Positions 1-6,749 of a DNA stretch of 19,799 nt are shown here, one piece after another (positions within the stretch are counted from its first letter, which is position 1; each line of letters opens with the position of its first letter). A program made the translations under genes and the position numbers. This DNA is from Polyangiaceae bacterium (lineage in GTDB: Bacteria > Myxococcota_A > Polyangia > Polyangiales > Polyangiaceae): NCBI GenBank assembly GCA_044222475.1, contig JBGANF010000141.1, positions 1 to 19,799 on the forward strand, written 5' to 3'. The notes beneath the pieces were generated by a model. It had not been told where the DNA came from and searched no databases. It was given only the letters and a program-made list of their open reading frames with translations.

Positions 1-1354
1 GGAGCTGCGCGGCGAGCTGCGCGCACTGCATCCACGTCGTCGAGGCGATCGTGACGGTGGAGCCGTCCGCCGAGAGGTCCTGCTCGAGCTCGCGGGCCTG
101 CTCGATCGCGTCGCGCCAACCGAACAGCTCGTTCGAGATGTCGAGCTTGGTGTCCATGCTCTTCGGCGCGAGCGACGACGCCGACGGGACGAGGATCCAC
201 GCGTGCACCGCCGCCGTCATCGCGAGCCCGAGGGCCGCGCCGGCGATCGTGATCTTCCTCCATCGAGCACCGCTCGCGTTCGCGTCGTCCCCGAATGGGA
301 CGAGCTTGCGGGCTCCGTGGATCGGCAGCACGAGCAACGCCGGCGCGAGCCAGTGCGGCTCCGCGACGCGGCTCCAGAGCATCAGGAGCACGAGCGGTCC
401 GATCGAGACGACGAACACGCGGTACATGAGCCCCGTCACGACGTCCTCGGCGCGACGGCGCACCAGGTCGCGGGCGACGAAGCCAGCGACCACCGCGAGC
501 ACCGGCGACACGTAGAGGAGCTGCCCGCCGAACAGCGCCCCGACGTTGCGCAGCGAGAAGCCTGCCTCGCCCTGGGTGTCGACGAAGCGATGATGGAGCA
601 TCGGAAAGCCGTGACCGATCTCCCACCCGGCGATCGGCCAGATCGGTAGGAGCCCGAGGGCCAGCCCGAGCCACGGCCACGGCGATCGCCGCGCGGGGCT
701 CGACGCATACGCCCAGGCGAGGGCAGGGAAGAGGAGCAGCCCGCTGATCTTCGACGCCGCCGCGATGCCGGCGAACAGCCCGGCGCCCAGCGCGAGCGCC
801 GCGAAGCGCGACGACGCTGGCGGCGCCTTCTTCGAGCCGGGTGCCTGGATCGGGAACGCTTCGAGCGCGGACGCCGCGAGCCCGACCGTGGCGAGCCACG
901 CGTAGAAGAGCAGCAGGTCCGGCGTGAGCGCGAAGAGCCCGATCCCGAGCATCGGCGCGCAGGCGCACACGATCGCAGCGACGTATCCGGCGCGCACGGT
1001 CGCGCCGAGGTTCTTCGCGACGATCGAGACGATCCACGGAGCCATCGTCGCGAGCACCGCCGTGATCCGGTGAACGTCCTCCGGTGCCGGCGCGCCTTCG
1101 CCCTTGAGGGCGGCGGCGAACGAGCCGACGAGCCCCGGGTGATCGAGGTACGCCGGCTGCGGGTGCAAGCCGTACGTGACGTAGAGCGCCTCGCTGTCGC
1201 CGAAGCCGACGGTGTTCGCCGCGTAGAACCGGACCGCGAGGAGAACGACCGACAGCCCCGTCAGAGCGAGGAAGAGGTTGTCGAAGCGGGGCCGGGTCGG
1301 TCCGGGGGGTGCTGCGGCTTTGGTTCGCTCGGCGGCGCGCTCGGCGGCAGCCAC
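1..1354 (-). CDS. ArnT/PMT-like (GT39/GT83, GT-C fold) integral membrane glycosyltransferase; 3' end runs off the window
   Basis: Absent from the ORF track because there is no stop in the window. Hand translation from GTG 1354 gives MAAAERAAERTK...LLAVRFYAANTVGFGDSEALYVTYGLHPQPAYLDHPGLVG...LTPDLLL...AGIAAASKISGLLL...AEPHWLAP. It has the D-E-x-x-Y and YLDHP motifs and many TM segments typical of ArnT-like proteins. The start codon is uncertain. Confidence 0.8.
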   Translation of the reverse strand, partial: MAAAERAAERTKAAAPPGPTRPRFDNLFLALTGLSVVLLAVRFYAANTVGFGDSEALYVTYGLHPQPAYLDHPGLVGSFAAALKGEGAPAPEDVHRITAVLATMAPWIVSIVAKNLGATVRAGYVAAIVCACAPMLGIGLFALTPDLLLFYAWLATVGLAASALEAFPIQAPGSKKAPPASSRFAALALGAGLFAGIAAASKISGLLLFPALAWAYASSPARRSPWPWLGLALGLLPIWPIAGWEIGHGFPMLHHRFVDTQGEAGFSLRNVGALFGGQLLYVSPVLAVVAGFVARDLVRRRAEDVVTGLMYRVFVVSIGPLVLLMLWSRVAEPHWLAPALLVLPIHGARKLVPFGDDANASGARWRKITIAGAALGLAMTAAVHAWILVPSASSLAPKSMDTKLDISNELFGWRDAIEQARELEQDLSADGSTVTIASTTWMQCAQLAAQL

Positions 1355-2448
1355 GCGCGGAGGCGTGACGCGACGAGGTTTGCTGCCTTTCTTTCTCCGA
1401 GACATTGGCGAAGCTCCCGCGCAGCATCGTCGAACCTGCGCCAGCGTTCGAGAACTATTCGCACCGCCGCTGCCATCTTCGGTCCCGTCGCGTCGCGCTG
1501 GAGGAGCTCGGGCCAGACCGGTCGCCGAAGCAAGACGTTCGGCAGACCGACGAACGGCGTGCGGAGGAGGCCACCCACGACCGCCGCCGTCAGGCGGTCC
1601 GTGCGGTAGCAGACGACCGGGTGCGCTCCCGCGAGCGCGGACTCCAGGGACGCGGTCCCGGACGCACACAGCGTGGCGTCGAACGCCCCGAGCAGCGCGC
1701 CGGCTCCTTCTTCCGGAGCGTGCACGACGTGGACGCCGGCGCCTGCCGCCAAGCCGCGGGCCCACGTTCGCTCTGGCGGAGCCAGCGCCGACGAGAGCAG
1801 CAGTCGAACGTCGAGCGCGTGTTCGTCGCGGCGAAGACGCGCGACCGCATCGAGCATCGGCGGCAGGAGCCGACGCACCTCGGTGCGCCGACTGCCTGGC
1901 AGGAGCGCGAGGGCGCTCGTCCCACCGAGGGACAGCTCGCGCCGAACGTCGGCGCGTGGCCTCGGCGCGACCGCGAGCGCGGGGTGGCCGACGTACGATG
2001 CGTCGACGCCGGCGCCTTGCCACAGGGCCTCTTCGAACGGGAGGATCACGGCCAACGCGTCGATCCGCGGCGGGAGCGTGCGGAGCCGGCTCGGGCGCCA
2101 GGCCCACACTTGGGGCGCGACGTACCACAGCACCTTCGTCCCGAGCTCGCGCAGCCGCGGCGCGAGGAGGAAGTTGAACTCCGTGTAATCTACAAGTAGG
2201 GCAGCCTGCGGCCGTCGCGACCGCGCCTCGCGCAGGACGGCCGCGAAGGAGCGCGCGACGGACGCGCCGCGAAGGACGACGTCGAAGAACCCGACCGCGC
2301 CGAACGCCGGCGCGGCTACCGACTCGAGACCCGCGCGCGCGCACGCCGGACCCCCGAGCCCGAACGCGTCGACCGGCCCGAGCGCACGGAGCACCTGGGC
2401 GGCGGCGCGATCGCCCGACGCTTCACCGGCGACGACGAGGAGGCTCAT
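1261..2448 (-). CDS. lpxB: Lipid-A-disaccharide synthase
   Basis: Real start MSLLVVAGEASGD at ATG 2448 (ATGA overlap with the upstream stop). LpxB motifs: AGEASGD, VDYTEFN, YVAPQVWAWR, ILPFE, YVGHP, LLPGSRRTEV, SGTASLE, VGLPN, PELLQ. Confidence 0.93.
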   Translation of the reverse strand: MSLLVVAGEASGDRAAAQVLRALGPVDAFGLGGPACARAGLESVAAPAFGAVGFFDVVLRGASVARSFAAVLREARSRRPQAALLVDYTEFNFLLAPRLRELGTKVLWYVAPQVWAWRPSRLRTLPPRIDALAVILPFEEALWQGAGVDASYVGHPALAVAPRPRADVRRELSLGGTSALALLPGSRRTEVRRLLPPMLDAVARLRRDEHALDVRLLLSSALAPPERTWARGLAAGAGVHVVHAPEEGAGALLGAFDATLCASGTASLESALAGAHPVVCYRTDRLTAAVVGGLLRTPFVGLPNVLLRRPVWPELLQRDATGPKMAAAVRIVLERWRRFDDAARELRQCLGERKAANLVASRLRAWLPPSAPPSEPKPQHPPDRPGPASTTSSSL

Positions 2449-3344
2449 CGCCGTCGCGAGCGGCGCCGCAGCGCCAGCAAGGTGCCGAGCGCGAGCGCCG
2501 CGGACGCGCCCGCGCCGCCCGAGGCCGTGTCCGCGGTCGACGAGCACGAGCACCCTTTGGTCTCGGTCGGGCAATCGGGGACGTACCCGCGCGGCGGCGT
2601 CGGGTCGCAGGCGAGCGCGGTTCGTGTGCCGTCCGCCGTGGGGCGCGTGCCGTCGGGCGGGTAGACGGTGCAGACCCCGCTCACGTCGTCGGTCGTGAGG
2701 TTGCCGATGTTCGAGTTGTACCTCTCGAACATCGTCGCGAGCTTGTCGGTGCTGTGAGCGAACCCGAGGATGTGCCCCGTCTCGTGGATCAGCACGCCGG
2801 GCAGCGCGATCGATCCGCCCGCGCCGTCGAGGGTGATGTTCTGCGTGACCGAGTTGATCTCCATGTCGAAGCCGCGGAGCTCTCCGGTCCCGGGCGTGTA
2901 CTGCACGGTGGTGAGCGCGATCACGTGCTCCGGATCCTGATCCGGAGGCCACGCGTCGTCGCGGAAGACGATCACGTTGACGTTCCCCGCGTCGCCGCGG
3001 AACTCGACTTTGTCGCACGCCGCTGGTCCGAGGTATCGGAGATCGATGCTGACCGGGCCGCCGCCCGGGTCGGGGCAGACGACCGCCGACCAGGCCGCGA
3101 CGGAGCTCTTCACGACGTTCTCGAGGTCGGCGAACGCGAACTTCTTCGACCCGTTCGCTTGAAGGCTGTACCCGGCGCATCGACCCGCCCACCACAGCGG
3201 CTTGCCGTCGGTGAAGCACTGCTGGGTCAGCACCTCGCTGAAGTCCGCCGGCTTCTGCACGGTCGTCGTTCGACAGAACGCGCTGGCGGTCGTCGGAGCG
3301 AGGACGAGCGCGAGAGCGACGGCAGTGCCGCGGAGAGCGCGCAT
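2445..3344 (-). CDS. Matrixin (M10/metzincin) zinc metalloprotease with MYXO-CTERM-like C-terminal anchor, paralog 1 (resembles the myxosortase-dependent MXAN_2677/2678 family)
   Basis: Signal peptide ending ASA|FC; zinc motif HETGHILGFAHS (HExxHxxGxxH); Met-turn ATM; C-terminal GCSC + hydrophobic helix + RRRSRRR. Confidence 0.88.
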   Translation of the reverse strand: MRALRGTAVALALVLAPTTASAFCRTTTVQKPADFSEVLTQQCFTDGKPLWWAGRCAGYSLQANGSKKFAFADLENVVKSSVAAWSAVVCPDPGGGPVSIDLRYLGPAACDKVEFRGDAGNVNVIVFRDDAWPPDQDPEHVIALTTVQYTPGTGELRGFDMEINSVTQNITLDGAGGSIALPGVLIHETGHILGFAHSTDKLATMFERYNSNIGNLTTDDVSGVCTVYPPDGTRPTADGTRTALACDPTPPRGYVPDCPTETKGCSCSSTADTASGGAGASAALALGTLLALRRRSRRR

Positions 3345-3345
3345 C

Positions 3346-4530
3346 CTACCGCCGCGGCTTCCGGATGCGGCGGATGAGCGCGATCGCCACCGGGGCGAGC
3401 ACGAACAGCGGCGTTCGGTCGTTCTCGCCCGGGGGGGCGACGGCGCAGCTCTTGGTCGCCGCGGTCGGGATGCACTCGGACGCGTATCCGTGGCGCGGCG
3501 TGGGATCGCACGCGAGGGCCTTCACGCTCCCGAGGCTCGTGCCGCGCGTTCCGTCGGGTGGGTACCCCGTGCAGATCCCGGCGACGTCGTCGGTCGCGAG
3601 GTAGCGCATCGTCGTCGAGCCTTGCTTGTAGCTCGCGTACATCGTCGCGCGCGTGTCCGGCGAGTGCGCCATCCCGAGGAAGTGCCCGGTCTCGTGGGTG
3701 AGGATGCTCGCGAAGTCGTAGCCGTCCTGCGGGACGGGATCGCGGGTCACGAGCTTCACGTTGGCCGAGTTGATCTCCATGTCGGCGTCGTAGAGCTCGC
3801 CGGTCTTCGGGTTGTACGTGACCGTCGTGAGGCCGAGCGTGTTGTTCGCGTCGTTGTGCGGCCACACGTCGTCGCGGAACATGATGACGTTCGCGTTTCC
3901 GATCTCGGGGTCCTGGTTGTATTGGACGCGGCCGCAGCTCACCGGCCCGAGGTATCGGATGTCGATGCTCACCTGCGCCGAGCCGTCCTTGGTGGGGCAG
4001 CTGACGGACGCCCACCGAGTGAACGCGGCGGTGAGCGAGCTCGTCACGTCGTCGTAGGAGACCTGCCGGCTCGCGTCGCGTTGGAGGCTGTACCCCACGC
4101 AACGGTTCGCCCAGTAGAGCGCGACGCCCTGATCCCAACACGGGCGGTCGACCGACGGCACGAAGTCGGGCGAGACCTTGGTCGACATCGTGCGACAAAA
4201 GGCCGCCGCCGGGCTGGGTGCGAGCACGGCGATCGCCATGATCGCGATCACGAGAGCGAGGTGGGCCGCCCCGGACTGAAGTCCGGGGCAGCAAAGACCC
4301 GATCTCACGCTCAGTGGAAGCCCGCGCCCGAGAGGCGCGGGCTCGTCTGCTTCCTCAGAGCGTTCAGCGGTCTGCGTGGTTTTTGCGAAGGTTCTAGAAT
4401 CCACGCTGACAGACCGCGACGAGGCTTTTCGGGCCAAGCGGAGCCCGCCGAAGGCGGGCTTCGACTGAGTCCTGCTCTGGGATTTTGCTGCCCCGGACTT
4501 CAGTCCGGGGTGCCCATCCTCAGCGCGCAT
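3346..4530 (-). CDS. Matrixin zinc metalloprotease with MYXO-CTERM-like anchor, paralog 2; N-terminus interrupted in frame by a palindromic element (alternative starts GTG 4251 or ATG 4239)
   Basis: HETGHFLGMAHS, ATM Met-turn, AAA|FCRT, and a KSC + hydrophobic + RRIRKPRR tail. Colinear with paralog 1 (CxGYSLQ, VSIDxRYLGP, FRDDxWP, DMEINS, PPDGTR, ALACDPTP). The stop lies 1 nt from the paralog 1 ATG. Confidence 0.85.
   Translation of the reverse strand: MRAEDGHPGLKSGAAKSQSRTQSKPAFGGLRLARKASSRSVSVDSRTFAKTTQTAERSEEADEPAPLGRGLPLSVRSGLCCPGLQSGAAHLALVIAIMAIAVLAPSPAAAFCRTMSTKVSPDFVPSVDRPCWDQGVALYWANRCVGYSLQRDASRQVSYDDVTSSLTAAFTRWASVSCPTKDGSAQVSIDIRYLGPVSCGRVQYNQDPEIGNANVIMFRDDVWPHNDANNTLGLTTVTYNPKTGELYDADMEINSANVKLVTRDPVPQDGYDFASILTHETGHFLGMAHSPDTRATMYASYKQGSTTMRYLATDDVAGICTGYPPDGTRGTSLGSVKALACDPTPRHGYASECIPTAATKSCAVAPPGENDRTPLFVLAPVAIALIRRIRKPRR
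4258..4521. repeat. 264-bp imperfect palindromic REP/REPIN- or MITE-like element
   Basis: CCCCGGACTGAAGTCCGGGGCAGCAAA at 4269-4295 recurs as its exact reverse complement at 4484-4510. Each arm has a second AGCCCGC...GCGGGCT hairpin. The centre has inverted GCGGTCTG/CAGACCGC. Termini are GAGG/CCTC, flanked by AGC direct repeats. Confidence 0.85.
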
Positions 4531-5161
4531 GCGTCCTCGCCCAGGCCCCGCGGATCTCCTTCGTCGCGTCGTCGAGGGCGCGCTCGTGAAGAGCGTCGCC
4601 GGCCGGGACCGCGGCGATCGCGATCGCGGGGGCGCGTCGCTGCGCCGCCGAGACCGCGTCCGGTCGCGGCGCGAGGAGCGCGCCGACGGAGCCGTTCTTG
4701 ATCACGTGCAGTGACGCCGCCGCTCCCACGCCCTCGCTCCGAACCGGAAACTGCCCTTGGGCGCGCGCCGTCACCCAATACGTGCCGCTCGTGGTCGACC
4801 CTCCGACCGGCTTGAGGAACACGAGGAACGGTTTCCCGATGACGAGGTTGGGCTCGCCCTCGACCATCTGGCCCACGTCACCGATCTCGCCGCCCAGCGT
4901 CTGGACCCACAGGTCGGCCCCGCTCCCGGCGCCGCCGGCGATCGCGTTGTCGACGTGGACGCGGGTATACGTGTAGATGCGGCCGTTCTCCCAGACCGAG
5001 CGGGCCTCCATCGGGGTGACGACGTCGACGGTGCTGCTCTCGGCGACGAGGTCGTCGAAGAGGACGGACACCGAGACCGACGCGTCGGCGTGCGATCCGA
5101 ACGCGACTGCGCCCGCCACGGCCGCGCAAAAGAGGAGCCCGCGAGTGAACCGAAACCTCAT
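4520..5161 (-). CDS. Secreted hypothetical protein, possibly a TIMP/NTR-like OB-fold domain of the type I recall fused or adjacent to bacterial matrixins
   Basis: Signal peptide (MRFRFTR...HADA|S); pattern FDDLVAES..V.....W.NGRIYTYTRVHV...V..LGG.IGD.GQ.VEG.P...G..FLVFL. The stop overlaps the ATG region of the downstream protease. The fold call is inference. Confidence 0.7.
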   Translation of the reverse strand: MRFRFTRGLLFCAAVAGAVAFGSHADASVSVSVLFDDLVAESSTVDVVTPMEARSVWENGRIYTYTRVHVDNAIAGGAGSGADLWVQTLGGEIGDVGQMVEGEPNLVIGKPFLVFLKPVGGSTTSGTYWVTARAQGQFPVRSEGVGAAASLHVIKNGSVGALLAPRPDAVSAAQRRAPAIAIAAVPAGDALHERALDDATKEIRGAWARTHAR

Positions 5162-5206
5162 TCCCAGAGGATATCACCGCATTCCCGAGGATTCGTTAGC
5201 CGGTCG

Positions 5207-5314
5207 ACGATTCTGGGGGCCAGGGGGCCGGGGCCGGGAAGCGGCAGCCGGCTAACGATTCTGGGGGCCAGGGGGGGCCGGGGCCGGGAAGCGGCAGCCG
5301 GCTAACGATCCTGG
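5207..5314. repeat. G-rich tandem repeat, 2 copies (48 and 50 bp) plus a partial third
   Basis: ACGATTCTGGGGGCCAGGGGG(GG)CCGGGGCCGGGAAGCGGCAGCCGGCTA at 5207-5254 and 5255-5304, then ACGATCCTGG. Confidence 0.9.
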
Positions 5315-5324
5315 CGCAGGGGCC

Positions 5325-5400
5325 GTCACCACTTCGCCACTTCACCAACGCGCAGCCCCAGTGAATTCCGGCTCCCAGGGCGAGCATCATGTTGAGCTCG
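5325..5400 (-). repeat. Duplicate of the fabH 3' end (direct repeat of 5499-5574)
   Basis: 72/76 identical to 5499-5574 at offset 174; encodes ELNMMLALGAGIHWGCALVKW. Confidence 0.95.
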
Positions 5401-5498
5401 GCTCTCCCTCGGGGCGGCACGCGCCGCCCCGCCCCGAGGAAGTGAATTCCTCGGGGCCCCACCCCACGCGATCGCTCCGCTACGCGTCGCGCGGGCGA
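5401..5498. repeat. 98-bp hairpin-rich REP-like cassette between the fabH 3' duplicates
   Basis: Perfect stems GGGGCGGC-ACGC-GCCGCCCC (5411-5430) and GCCCCGAGGAA-GTGAA-TTCCTCGGGGC (5431-5457), plus ACGCG...CGCGT near 5466-5487. Confidence 0.6.
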
Positions 5499-5507
5499 GT
5501 CACCACT

Positions 5508-6560
5508 TCACCACTTCACCAGCGCGCAGCCCCAGTGAATTCCGGCTCCCAGGGCCAACATCATGTTGAGCTCGCCCTTCTTCAGCGACCCCTTGCGGGT
5601 GAGCTCGTCGACGAGGATCGGGATCGTCCCGGCGCTCGTGTTCCCGAAGCGCTCGATGTTCATCGGCATCTTCTCGGCCGGGACCTTGAGCGTCTCGCGG
5701 ATGTACTCGTTGATGCGCTGGTTCGCTTGGTGAGCGAGGAACCAGTCGATCTGCTCGATCGACACTCCGGCCTTCGTGCAGAGCTCGCGCGCGGTCGCCG
5801 GGAGCTTCGTCACCGCGTACTTGAAGATCTCCTTGCCGTCCATCCGCGGGATGTACTCCCGCTGATCGAGCATCGTCTGCTTCCAGTACGGGCGCGTGCG
5901 GAAGCCGCCGCCCTTCACGTAGAGGAGGTGACCGCCGTCGCCGTCGGTGTGGACGATCGATCCCTTGAGCCCCGCGTCGCGGTCGGTCTTCCGGAAGATC
6001 ATCGCGCCCGCGCCGTCGCCGAAGAGGATCGCGAGCGCGCGGTGCTCGTCCGTGCGCGTCTTCTCTTCTTCGGTCGCCTCTTTCGTGGTTCCCGGCTCGA
6101 GCGGGCTCCAGTCCTCCCACGGCATGAAGCCGGCGTGGGCTTCTGCCCCGACGAAGAGGATGGTCTTCGCTGCGCCGGAGAGGATCAGCCCGTCGATCAC
6201 CTGGAGGCCGAAGATCATCGCCGCGCACTGCTGCCGGATGTCGAGCGCCGGAACGTCCTTCAACCCGAGCTTCGCCGACAAGAGCGCGCCAGGGCCCGGG
6301 AAGATGTAGTCGGGCGTCATCGTCGCGAACACGACGTAGTCGATCTCTTCCTTCTTGATGCCCGAGCTCTCGATCGCGCGCTTCGCTGCTTCGACCGCGA
6401 GGTCGCTCGCGCCGACGCCGTCCGGGGCGAAATGCCGCTGCCGAATGCCGGACCGCTTCGCGATCCACTCGTCGGACGTGTGCATCACGCGCGCGAGCAT
6501 CTCGTTCGTGATCGGCGGTCCGGGGACGTAGTGGCCTGTACCGATGAGCTCGAACGCCAT
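5508..6560 (-). CDS. fabH: 3-oxoacyl-ACP synthase III (FabH/KAS III family)
   Basis: Likely start MAFELIGTGHYVP at 6560. Motifs TSDEWIAKRSGIRQR, catalytic QQCAA, LFGDGAGA, HQAN, GNTSA, GAGIHWG. Exact substrate is unknown. Confidence 0.88.
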   Translation of the reverse strand: MAFELIGTGHYVPGPPITNEMLARVMHTSDEWIAKRSGIRQRHFAPDGVGASDLAVEAAKRAIESSGIKKEEIDYVVFATMTPDYIFPGPGALLSAKLGLKDVPALDIRQQCAAMIFGLQVIDGLILSGAAKTILFVGAEAHAGFMPWEDWSPLEPGTTKEATEEEKTRTDEHRALAILFGDGAGAMIFRKTDRDAGLKGSIVHTDGDGGHLLYVKGGGFRTRPYWKQTMLDQREYIPRMDGKEIFKYAVTKLPATARELCTKAGVSIEQIDWFLAHQANQRINEYIRETLKVPAEKMPMNIERFGNTSAGTIPILVDELTRKGSLKKGELNMMLALGAGIHWGCALVKW

Positions 6561-6592
6561 GGGAAAACGGGATTTACAGCGAAGATCTCCCG

Positions 6593-6621
6593 CTGTCACG
6601 TCTGTCACGTGTTCGTGACAG
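6593..6621. promoter_or_regulatory. Candidate operator upstream of fabH
   Basis: CTGTCACGT tandem twice (6593-6610) and perfect inverted repeat CTGTCACG-TGTT-CGTGACAG (6602-6621), 33-61 bp upstream of the fabH ATG. Confidence 0.35.
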
Positions 6622-6749
6622 GCCCGGTGACCGTCCCCGTCCCCATCCCTCTCCCCGCCGAAAGCCGGAACCCGTCCGAAGCGTGAAACAGACGGTGCTA
6701 CCTCGCGTTCGACGCAGCTTGCGTTCGACACGACGCTCTGGCCAGGAGC

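Noticed and set aside
51..2199. Several plus-strand ORFs
   Set aside because: They overlap the minus-strand glycosyltransferase and lpxB and show no recognisable motifs.
2449..3219. 652-aa ORF suggesting a long N-terminal extension of LpxB
   Set aside because: The extension is an Arg-rich off-frame reading of matrixin paralog 1; LpxB motifs begin at ATG 2448.
5196..5462. 88-aa ORF containing the FabH C-terminal peptide
   Set aside because: It is built from the hairpin cassette, the duplicated fabH end and the G-rich repeat; no evidence of an independent gene.
5325..5574. DGR template/variable repeat pair
   Set aside because: No reverse transcriptase in the window, the differences are not confined to adenines, and the target would be a conserved enzyme terminus.
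6561..6731. N-terminal extension of FabH in the ORF track
   Set aside because: It translates intergenic repeats; FabH-like sequence starts at ATG 6560.
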